Positions 38,305 to 50,213 of a DNA stretch of 64,000 bases are shown here, piece by piece. The number at the start of each line of letters is the position of its first letter. Position 1 is the first letter of the stretch. The notes under the pieces are model-generated. The model saw only the letters and a list, made by a program, of their open reading frames with translations. It did not search any database and had not been told where the DNA came from. The translations under genes and the position numbers were made by a program. Source of the stretch: Bispira polyomma (Eukaryota); contig OZ287751.1 of assembly GCA_965649765.1 (NCBI GenBank), positions 7,378,001-7,442,000 of the forward strand. Reading direction: 5' to 3'.

Positions 38305-40172
38305 GATTCCTTGCAGGCAGCTTTGAATACCATAGAAATATTTGGCTCCATGTCCGGATTGAAAATGAATACGTCAAAGACCAAAATAGTATGGATCGGG
38401 AGGAAAAAACACAGTAAAGATAAGTTACAAGTAAGCTGTAAACTTGAGTGGGGCATCACAGAGTTCAATTTACTGGGTATATTATTTGATGTGGATCTAC
38501 ACAAGATGATACATAAAAACTTTGAAAGTGCTATTTTGCAGGCCAAAAATATACTTACTAATTGAAAAAAATGCTATCTTTCACCTTTGGGAAAAATAAC
38601 TGTGATTAAAACATTTATATTCTCAAAATTTGATCACCTTTTTGTATCATTACCTAATCCTACTGACGCTGTAATAAAATCAATATTTGATATGGTGTAT
38701 GAATTTTTATGGAATGGTAAACCAGATAAGGTAAGCCGAAAACAAATATGCAAGGAATATTTGGATGGAGGGTTAAAAATGATTGACCTTGACAAATTTT
38801 TAAAATCACTCAATTCAACCTGGATCAGACGCTTGGTAAGAGAACCCGAATCGCCATGGGCATATCTTACCAACCATAAATTGAATATTTCTCATAAACT
38901 GACCATTTATGGTCCAGCCTGGTGTGAAAAGCTGATTACTAAAACAGCAAACCCCTTTTGGAACGATGTTTTGAAGTCATGGCAAGCTGTGTCCGAATCA
39001 TGCCCAATCGAGTCGGATCAAGATATTTTAAACAGTCCATTATGGTATAATAAAAACATCAGTCATCATACACTTTTTTACCCAAGATGGTATGAAAACG
39101 GAATAATTTTCATAGGTGATCTATTCAGCGAAAATGGCACTTTCTATTCAATGAATGAACTAAAGATGTTGTATAATCTAGACTATATTAATCCTCTAGA
39201 ATATTATAGAATTAGATCACTCACTAAATTTTTCATTAAAAAGAATAGACCGACTTTGAATCTAGTAAAAAAATAGGACCTTTCATGCCATCACACGTAA
39301 AAATTTTATTTAAGAGTCAAAAAGGTGCACATGATCTGTATGAAATAATAAATAAGACTCCATTCCAACCAAAAATGAAGATAAAATGGAGTAAAGAACT
39401 AAACAAGGAATTAGAAGATATTGTTTGGAGAAAAATTTTCACTGTGTTTTGGATTTACAAGTGATGCCTCACTTACATGGTTACAATATAGAATTTTATT
39501 TAGAATAATTGGTGTTAGGAAACATTTAACTACAATACATAAAGATGATTCAAATATTTGTAGATTATGTTCAAATGATGAAGAAACCATTGTACATCTA
39601 TTTTTCTACTGTGAGAAGTAGAAAGATTTGTGGAATTTAATTTCTAACTGGGTTAGAATTAAACTAGGTATAACACTACTGTTTAATATAGAGCAAGTTA
39701 TTTTTGGCTATCTAAATATGGATGAAAATTATAAACCAGTTAATTTACTAATTATGCATGTAAACAAATATATATTTCGATGTGCAGTAACTTATAGAAA
39801 GATCAATATTTATTTTTTTCAAAAGAAGTTCAAGGAGATTTATTATGAACAAATAACACTAATCAAATTAAAGGATCCAAAAGTAAAATTTGTTAAATAC
39901 TTGGATACATGGGAGCCTTTATTTAGGGATATCTAACGTTTAAAAGAAGACATTGAAAAAAGGACACAAAAATGAAGTTTACTCTATACTGTATACTGTG
40001 TTTTTAATGAAATTATTAGTAAATGTGTAGTGTTAAAGTAATAAAGTAATGTAATATGGTAAAGAGTCAATCTCGTGTACTACACATGTTTCTGTTTTTT
40101 TACTACATATTTTGTAATACATATGAAAAGGAGAATGTATAATAAAAAAAAAATTAAAATTAAAAAAAAAAA
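38305..40172 (+). mobile_element. 5'-truncated, decayed non-LTR retrotransposon (Tx1/L1-clade-like ORF2 C-terminus) with poly(A) tail
   Basis: Broken ORFs 38278-39936 contain RT C-terminal motifs (FGSMSGLKMN.SKT, LGI, GGLKMIDL, W...GI..IGDL) and a zinc-binding CRLC...ETIVHLFFYC motif; stops and frameshifts present. AATAAA plus poly(A) at 40141; TSD aaaaatggtaaa at 38293-38304 and 40173-40184. Confidence 0.9.
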
Positions 40173-40611
40173 AAAAATGGTAAATATTTTTGCAGGGCAT
40201 GCTAAACAAATGGGACACAATTCATAAACAGAATTTTTTTGTTAATGCAGTATGATTTACTTCTGATACTTTTGTGTGCTTACCTCACTAAACACATATA
40301 GAGTGTCCTTTGTCCACCCCTCAAATATATCACTACCTCCACTAAGATGGTTATGTTTTCTGCCTCGTTCTGTCTGTTTGTTTGTCAATTGACCAATGTA
40401 CATAAAATTTGGTGGAGGGATCAGCCATGGAAGAATTAATGAAAGAATTCTTTTTTTTTTTCATTTTTTTGACAGGGTGGGGCATTGTAGGTACAGGTAT
40501 GAACCCCACTGTATCTCTTCAATTTAACCACCAGCTACAGGCTGAGTTGTAAAACAAGGACCTGTATTCTTATAGTACACTCATGATCCATATATGTCTT
40601 TGTTGTTTTAG

Positions 40612-40685
40612 ACATCAGACGTTTACATGAGAAGGAGACCTGGTCAGTTGATGCAGATGACGAAAGAGGAGGCACTACTATACTG
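40612..40685 (+). CDS. EXOC2: EXOC2 exon (D-IRRLHEKETWSVDADDERGGTTIL)
   Basis: gttttag|AC ... CTG|gtgagg; 74 nt, phase 1 to 0. Resembles [21 protein letters not shown]. Confidence 0.92.
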
Positions 40686-40687
40686 GT

Positions 40688-40860
40688 GAGGTCACATGAC
40701 TTTAATACAAGATCACATGACTTACAAGGTCACATGACTTCAGTACAAGGTGACATGGCTTACAAGATAACACAACTTTAGTACAAGGTTACATGCCTTC
40801 AAAAACAGGTCACATGATTTGATAAAAGGTCTCATGACTTCAATACAAGGTCACATGACG
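40688..40860. repeat. ~16-21-bp minisatellite starting at the EXOC2 donor, ~9 copies
   Basis: Repeated (ca)aggtcacatgactt beginning inside gtgaggtcacatgac. Confidence 0.85.
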
Positions 40861-43800
40861 GAACAATTTAGTAATAACCCAAGGCAAAGCATGGTATACG
40901 GTAATTTCTGCCACTAATGGAGGTGTAGTAACACAAATTCTTATTCCAACAAGAAAATTAAAATTATTACGTGATTACAGCTGTTTTTACTGCAAAATTA
41001 CGTTATTGAAGGAACTATATCCACTAGGCATCCAGTATACTACTGACAAAATTAGTCTATTTCCATATATGGGTATATGGTTATTTATATCATAATCGCA
41101 GACACAGCCTTGTCATGTTAAAATGCCAGTATTTACTAGAGAGGGCTTGATCATGTTGGATATATATAACTGAATCTCAAGGATAGTTACACTAAACTCT
41201 GATGCTGTGGTAGTATTAAAAACTACTATCAATTTGGCCATGTCGTGTCTAGATAATTCTAGAATTTAACCCACATAACTTCTATAAAAGGGTACAGGAC
41301 TGAAATGTTAGGTCAGATTTACTACACTCCACCAAGCTCAGAAGCCCAGTCATTTTGAAGAGGGGACAGCTTCATAATTGTGTTCCAGTGGAAAAGATCA
41401 TTCGTGTCATGCATGCTTTCCGATCCTATTTCATCCAATGATGCCACATGCCATAATATTTTATTGGTCCCCCGTGGTCTAGTGGTTAGGATAGGATAAC
41501 ACCAGTAGTGGTAAGAATAGGATAATACCAATTTGGGAGAGTTAAAAATGTGTTTATAAAATCGAATACTCGGATAATAGAAGTTTGGACAATAGAGGTT
41601 CTACTGTATGACAAATAACTTTAAAGTTTAACCTTACATTTTCTATTTCATCTTTAGTGCAATTAACACCAAAGCCAGAGTTTGTATACTCTTTGTAACT
41701 GTACTCTTTCCATTAAAGTTTAATTAGGAATTAGATCATCAATGCCAATTAATCTTTTTTACATCCATTTTGAATATTTTGGTCTTCATTTAAAAAAACA
41801 CCTCCAAATTAGAAAAAAAAGATAACAAAGAATATGAATTTTGCCAATTACCATAATTAAAATCTCTATAATTGCTTAAAACCTGTATTATCACTCATGT
41901 TACCACTGACAAAGAGGCTATGCTTTTGTCTGTGTTCATTGGTTGGTTGGTTTTTCAGCAGGATTACACAAAAAATACTTGAGCATGTTACATAATATTT
42001 GGTTGAGGAATGGAGCATGAACCAAGGAAGAATCCATTAAAATTGGAGGATCCGGGTAGAAGGACAGATCCAGGAATTTGGGTTGTTTTTTCACTTTTTG
42101 ACGCTGTGGTGACATTAGGGGATGTATTGGCTCCACTGAGTGTCCATCTAGTTTATTATATCATGAATTAAAAATTAGTTTAGTTGTGAGTTACTATAAT
42201 ATTGTCCTGTGTTACATTGCTGCCACTCTTTTGGGCTCTCACCTCTGCAGTCGTTGATTGGAATCTCATGATTGGCATGTGTGTATATAAAAAGGTGGCG
42301 GTAGAGTTGCTAAGGGGCTAGTTGTTTAGAGAGCCAGAAAACTTTGATTAAATGTGACCCTGCTCTCAGATTTGTTCCAGCAGTAAATTGCCCGCCCATC
42401 GTAATATGACACGAGATGTGTTGTTGAAAGTAGACATTAAACCCTAGCTGATCTAAAGTTTTTGGGTTACAACACTGCAACCATGTTTAAATATTTTTGA
42501 CATTATTTTTTAAAACTTTTGTTGTCTTTTAAGGGCAGTTTATGAAAATATGGTATTATCATCTGTACCTATCGTGAGCCTGTGACATTTCACATAAACT
42601 TCTATAGGTCCTTACCTATAATAATATAATCCCATTCCCCATCTCCCCCTCCTCTCAAAGTATATTTTGAAATTGGTAACTCGAACCAATTCTAGATGGA
42701 CTTACACTGAGTCTACTGTTTTGAAGATTTTATCCTAAAACTGGCCCTCTATGTACAAGGCTTAACTCTGAATATACATATATAAATCAGAGTTTTGGCT
42801 GAAATTCAATGTAGAAACATCAGATAGCAGGATGTGTAGTGTGTTCTCCATCCCATGGTGGAGATATATGATCTGTGTGTCTCCCTGCAGGCCATTAGGG
42901 TCTCCTGTTTTGTGGATCTTTGTGATAATAAGATCACACAGCCTTATGTCACCAGTGGTAATACCCACACAGCAGATATATGCTCAACTAACTCACACAT
43001 CAGACACATACTCAGAGCTAACTATAGATGCTACAGAAAGATACCTCCCCCCCAATCCCCCCCACCCTCACCCCCCAAAAAAGGGGGAAAAAAAGATATA
43101 TATATATATATAAATTAACTTTTTTTTTTTATTTAAAACATTTTAATAAATTGACAGGCAAGGATGGTGAATATCTGGTCACACTGTCATATATGGTTGG
43201 CTGATCAGTGTGTTGTCAAACCATTTTTCATGATTGGAACTGGGAGCAGGATTTTGTTTGCATCATAGGAGTTTTTATAAAATAGATGAGGCTTCTTAGG
43301 GGTAAATTAAATAGGACAGTCTAAATTGTGGTGATCTGAAATGAGATGAAACCTGCGGTAACCATAATACGGGTATAATGTCAAAACAATAATTTAAAAA
43401 CCATCTGTTAAATCAATTTTCCTCTTACGTAGAGAAAACCTGTAGTATCACAAATGGCCTTTCTGCTAAGTGGAAATCCTGCTTAAGTACAGGTCTATCT
43501 TCTAGTCCCTTGAGGTTCCATTTAAAGGGTTGAACTGTATGTATAAATGTTACTCTAGGATTACCAAAGTTGTTATCTAGATACACTAAAATTGTATGAA
43601 TGTATCCGTCCGATATTTTGATATGTCTGAAGTGGGCTTAACTTAGAAACAAGTAGACAAGAAAGCATTAATAACTACTAAATAGGTGACACAGAATGGC
43701 AAATTCAGCAGCTGATGTCACATTGACATTTAACCTTAAAAAGAATGACCATACATACTCTGATGATGAACCTTTTCTCCTATGCACTAACTATTCTTTT

Positions 43801-45332
43801 GCATACTGATCAGGATGTGTACCACAGAGGATGCCTGGTCATCGATTGTGACACTATAGATGTAAAAACATTAACTGTTGAAAATATAGATCCAACATGG
43901 CTGCCCTGTGTACCATTTGTTTTAAAATGTCATAGTTCTGATACCTGTCTGTGCACACAGCTAGTAGGCAGGTTTGCAGACAGTTTACTGGTTTAGTTTT
44001 CACTTTAGGTTCACATCTGTGTAATTGTAATGTTTTACATTTACTAACTTCCCTTAGACTGAGAAGAAGTCTGCTACCTTTTTACGCAACTCCTTCAACA
44101 TCAATAATTTAGAATAATAATTTTTTTTTTTTAAATTTACATGTAGTATATTTAGTATTCAGTTATTATTATCCATTATTATTCAGTAACACAAAAAAAA
44201 TTAAAACAGAATTACCAGCCTTGGTTATGATACACAGTACTTTGTAATTAGTACATTCCATGTGTACACACATCCACCGACCAAAGTGTGATACCCCCAT
44301 GTCTCGCATTACTTCACATTTTTCACCTGGTCTGAAATTTTAATAAAATTTGTAGAATTTAATCAACAGGGTTTATAAAAAGTGGTTGTTAGTTATTTTG
44401 AGCAAAGATCGCAACAGACTTTCACTGAAAAAATGTGATTCTATTTGCATTATTTGAATTCTACTAGCTCTAATAAATTCCCAGTGGATTTTGTTGTCTA
44501 AATTAGACATCATTGTCAAGGGGACTGAACACACTCTGTGATGCTACATCTTCTGTCAACATGAGATGCTTGTTTGTTAATTTAAAAGCATTTGAGTTCG
44601 TATCTGGAGGAGCTTCCTTTGCACAGACAGATTGGTTTTTTCACCATTGGTTTTTTGACATCTTTGTAACCCTGGGCCTGTATTCACGAAGGGACTTAGC
44701 CAAGTCTTAGGCTTAAATCAGTATACCTTTGTGCTAGATTTAAGCGTAAGACCTGGCCAAGACCTTTCGTGAATACGGGCCCAGAGTTTCCATGTAGAGT
44801 ATGTCCGACAGCCGGAGGTTGGCTGACGTTGGCTGATCTTATCAGCCTTGGTAGCGAAAACATTGGTTGGCATCGGCCTGTAAACAAACAGGGAAACCCC
44901 ATATTAAGGCGCCTTGTAAGAGTCAATTTCAATGCCAAAATGATACATATGAATATTGTACAATCAATTCTAAGCCCCCCCCCCTCCCTGTTTTTCAAGG
45001 GGTGACATAATATCGAAATAAACTGTGATTTATTATCGAATCGAATCCTATACTGGATTAAGAAATTATGGAAATGAGTAATTAAATGCATAAAACTCAA
45101 TTATATTGCCCCACATGCTCCCAACTCCCTTATATGGGAATATTAATTGAATAGAGATTAGCCAATAGAATGCCAGGCTGTTTTCCAGGGCAGTGTCTGA
45201 ATTTGTGCTAATCCCAAGTAATTGTCTCTGAGGTACAGTAACAGCCATGATTATCATATTTTAAAACTCTTAAAAAAGTAAATAATATTGTAAAAAAGGT
45301 AGATGACATTGTGCAAGTCTATAAAAATGTAT

Positions 45333-45618
45333 CTTACACACAAGATGGAACCAGCAATTAATCAGTCTCATAGTACAGGAAGCTATACTTACATACAAGA
45401 TAGGACCAGCAATTAATCAGTCTCATAGTACAGGAAGCTATACTTACATACAAGATAGGACCATCAATTAATCAGTGTCCTAGTACAGGAAGCTATACTT
45501 ACACACAAGATAGGACCATCAATTAATCAGTGTCCTAGTACAGGAAGCTATACTTACACACAAGATAGAACCATCAATTAATCAGTTTCATAGTACAGGA
45601 AGCTATACTTACACACAA
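45333..45618. repeat. 55-bp minisatellite, ~5.2 copies
   Basis: Repeated cttacatacaagataggaccagcaattaatcagtctcatagtacaggaagctata. Confidence 0.95.
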
Positions 45619-47614
45619 ATGACCCATATTTATTAAAGGCCTTTAAATCTTGCAATAATCTCTAAATAAAGTCTCAACTAGCTTTGTGTATATTGTAAAT
45701 ATATTTATGATTATAAGTTATGATTCTTATTGAACAGCTTATGGTAAATTCAATGATTACATCATGTCCAGGTTATTTGCGTCATTAAGTACACCATTTT
45801 ATGTGATATTTGAGCTTTAAGATTTTTAATGAATACTGCTCCACGATCCTGACCTGAGTGCTATAAAACATGTTGTTCCTGTAATGATGAATCGCCCATG
45901 CCAATAAAGATGATTATGAAAGTTTAACAGCCTGGCAATAAAAATCTCAATATTACTTGAACTATGATTTGTTGCTAAGATATATCCAGTTTAATGCGAC
46001 GTAAAACAATTAGGTACAACATACTGTTAATAAATCTAACTTCATAACGTAACTGTAAAAGCTAAGGTGAACGAAATAAATTACTTGTGAACTTTTAACT
46101 AATCTATCACATATATTTTGAAAAATTTATGAAATATATCTGCTATTTAGTGATCATTCCTTAATTGTATTATAATGTGGATTTTTATTATTGATGCCAG
46201 ACATTTTCTGAAGCACAATATCAGAATCAGTAAATGTTAATCACATCCCAGCACATAGCCCATCTCATTTCATATCTTGCTAAAGGATATTAGCTCCAAT
46301 GATCATGATGCTGTTACCTAGACCAAGTTTTCTGTCACCGAAACAGCCGTGTTTTTATTGATTTGCGGCTGCTAGCAACAGAGTGGCTACCATAAGCCAA
46401 ACTTCACAAATGATATAACTCTGTCTAGGTGTTACCAGGAGGCGAACCTGGGATCTTCCGATCACCATACCAACTCCTGAGTCGGGAGTTAAACTGGAGG
46501 CCTTCTTATCGCCAGACCAACTTCTTAACCCTCTAGGCCACAATGGGCCATCCACTAAAATGTGATGTTCTCCCCAAGAGAAAATATCATTTACTGCTTT
46601 GGTTTGACCCTTTTTACAAGGAAAAGATACACAGTTTTGACTCTCCCTACAACAGTGTGTTGGTTCTCGCAGATTTATAGCTCAAGTAAATATCCTTCAC
46701 TTCTGGCAAGAAATCAATGCAACATTATTTTAGGAAAAGCTAAAGCTGCTTAAATCTTTAAACTCTTGATCCGAGAAGAATTTATTCTTCTAACTCGTGT
46801 CAGTTTAGGAGATTTTTTGTTGTTGTTTTGAGAAGTCGTGTGGTTTAATTTAAGAACAAAAAAGAGAGAGCAATGGATACTAGTTTGGTCTTTAATGTGA
46901 TACGGTAGAACCTCTATTATCCAAACCTGATGAGAGGATTATAAAACAATAATAGTTAAACATATAGCTTTATAGTAGAGTGAAAAAGATTCATAAAATC
47001 AATTTGGAAATAAAAACAGCAGTTTTGATAAAACATGTTCTACTGTATATTGTAATTCGTTCCTCTGCAGTAACTTTAATGACTTCAGTGGTAATTGCCG
47101 TATTACTTATACAGTTCCATAAACTCATCAATGCCTGTACTTAACTCAGACTAAGGAATCCAAACTTTCCCTCCACTTCAGAATTCTCCATGTTATAACA
47201 TCAGTTTATCAAAGCGAACAGTAGAATTGAGAGAGACAGAAAAAATAAGCTCATTATAAATTTATTCTATACAATGGTGTACCGTTCATCTAACTAGATT
47301 AAGATTAAGTATAAACTTTACCATGTTTCTGAAATGTGTCACATGCTGAACTGTAAAGGCACCAAGTAGAGTGCATACCTCTTCCCAGGAACCACAGTCC
47401 AAAAAAAGTGATAAAACAATTCCTGGGTCTGCCCGTCTACCTAGATCCAATCCAAAGTCAAATGGATTCTTCCGTGCCCCATCTCTCCACTATATTTCAT
47501 CTTCATTAGTTTTTGGGTAATCCTGATAACGGACAAACCAATCTATACACTTGCGCGAAAGTCTTTGGCGGAGATAAACATTGACAGAGTGAACAAAATG
47601 GGACAAAATTAAGT

Positions 47615-47822
47615 GAATGACTAGTTAAAATAGGCTTAATGTGGTGGTAAAATATTCAAAATTAGGTGAATAACTGCTTTAAATAGGCTTAATATGCTGG
47701 TAAAATATTCAAAACTAGGTAAATAACTGCTTCAAATAGGCTTGTTATGGTGGTAAAATATTCCAAATTAATTAAATAAATAGTTAAAGTAGGCTCAAAA
47801 TAGTGTTAAAATATTAAAAATG
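47615..47822. repeat. Degenerate ~51-bp tandem repeat, ~4 copies
   Basis: Repeated aaataggcttaat..tggtaaaatattcaaaa.taggt.aataactgc. Confidence 0.75.
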
Positions 47823-49903
47823 GTGACCTTATAAAAATTTACTGATACATATTTCAAAAGTGAGGCATGCATCACAGAGTCTACTGTGATCATCTGTTGT
47901 TAGGTATACATTTTCTCAATTTTGGAACCCCTTTTTGTATTTTGATTTAGTAGTTTATCTAGCTTTAGTCGTGATATTTGCTAACCACAGGCCACCGTGT
48001 CACTTCATCCTGTAGTTTTTACTTGCAGGGTATTTATCCTTTGCTGTAATTATGTGCTGAGGTCGACAGCTTCGAGCCATCTATAAAAATACGAGTTAAT
48101 GAGTTTTGTGACGGATGACAAGGATAGCCATGCCTAGAAATCTAATGCTGTTGCTGGTCTGTCCATCTTGTGGAATAGATTCTGTGCAGCACAGGAAAAA
48201 TGTTAATGATCATTACATTTATTTCTGTATATCAAATACAGTAGAACCTCTATTATCTCACCTTCTATTATCCAAATTTTCGATTTTATAAACATATTTC
48301 CACTCCCCCAGTTTTATATATATTTTCCTTTTGGTTTTATATGAAAATTTGGTGAAAGGTGCCTCATTTTAATTGGTTAACTATTACGATGAAAGCAGAT
48401 GACGAGTGAACCTGTAACATTTTCACTCACCGCGATGTCAGTTCATTAGTACAAGTTTATAGGTTTAACAACTCAACTTAGAATCCATTAACCCGTCAAG
48501 AAGTCCCAAAAACCAATAGCGAAGGTCATAAGGAAGGATGTGAAGGTCTATAGGGAAGGGAATTGAGGGGGTTTTAGGTTTTAAGGTTTTTTTAAGTGTT
48601 TCTAGTGATCTAAGCTCTATAGGGAGATTATTCCTTACCCTAGCAGCAATAGAGAAAAAAAATTTTAAATGTCAAAAAAACGATTTTTAGAATGAGGTAA
48701 TTTCACTTCTTTATTACATATGGTTGAAGTCGAACACACAGCCATTTTTTTAATAGTCCTCCATCTTCATTGTCAGTTTAACTCAAAAATTTTGTGATAT
48801 CTGGATTTTATTATTACCAGTGGAATATATCTACACATTTTAAGCATCGGAAATAGTGGAAATAATTAAAAACAAATGCAGTGAAATAAATAATTCTGAA
48901 TAAATGCACTTTTTAAGGATCTCATTCGGAATTTGAAATATGGTGGATCATGGCAATGTGGTTGTTTTGTTGTGAATAAAATTTATGCAAATTGACACTT
49001 GATATGCGCTAACATTGATGGCTAATTTATGGTATTCATTGGGGTAATACTTTGTGATTCCATTTTGGATAAATTTTAAATCATATAAAGCTTGTATTGT
49101 TACTTAAAGAAGAAAGTGTCCCAAATCGATGTAATGTGTGTGACCAATTTTACATACTTGGTGAACATCATGACCCATATTCACTAACAGACTTAGGCTT
49201 ATATCTAGTATACCTTTGTGCTAGATTTAAGCCTAAGACTTAGCTAAGTCCATAAGTGAATACAGGCCCAGAAATTGTTTCATTTTCTCTCTTTCAGTAA
49301 CTCATTTTTTGTGAGCCTTCAGTAAGTCCAGATTCTTTACTTGGGTAATGAGACTGTAAAAACTGTGCCTTTAATTTGAGAGAAGCAAGAGAGTGTAAAA
49401 TGTAGGGTTAAAAAACCTGAAGAGTGAAGCTACTCGTTAGACGTCAACTGTGACTTAAGTAGAAGGGTTAAAGAGCTCCCGCCCCTCTCTCTTTTAAGTT
49501 ACTGTTTGAGTTGTCGATATTATCCAACTTTATGACACAATAATGTGGAGCCTAGATTCATAAACTCCAGAATTCGAGGGGTTTTTTTTTGTACCCATCT
49601 GTTAGCAAATTATTTTTAGTATATTAAATTTTTTCCCAACTTTTGAAGAAACTTTTATTATATTCGGTGAAGGTTATTAATAAAAGTACTAAATATGTAT
49701 ATATGTAGCTGATTTTTTGAGCAACAAATTGAAAGGCAGAATGAATTCAAAATATTTAAAAGATATTATCAGTTTGGCTTTGGTTAATGTTACTGCCATT
49801 CCACAATATGAACTTGTACAAACTAAATTCACCAACGTCTATTTTTCAAATGTGTTTTATCAAAAATTTGGATTCTGTTACCACGCTTGCACCTTTTCAA
49901 ATT

Positions 49904-50213
49904 AAATTTTCTCAATATAGTTTCTTCTAAATTGGCTCTTCTATTTTAGTAACATTCTATTATCCAAACAAATCTTGCTTATCCAACACGGTAGGATAAT
50001 ACAGGTTGTGCTGTATTTTTTGTTTGAGGTCACGGATATCCGTTGGGTATTGTAACCCAAAATTTTCTCAATATAGTTTCTTCTAAATTGGCTCTTCTAT
50101 TTTAGTAACATTCTATTATCCAAACAAATCTTGCTTATCCAACACGGTAGGATAATACAGGTTGTGCTGTATTTTTTGTTTGAGGTCACGGATATCCGTT
50201 GGGTATTGTAACC
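49904..50213. repeat. Exact tandem duplication, 156-bp period
   Basis: 49904-50057 is identical to 50060-50213 and includes a MITE right half. Confidence 0.93.
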
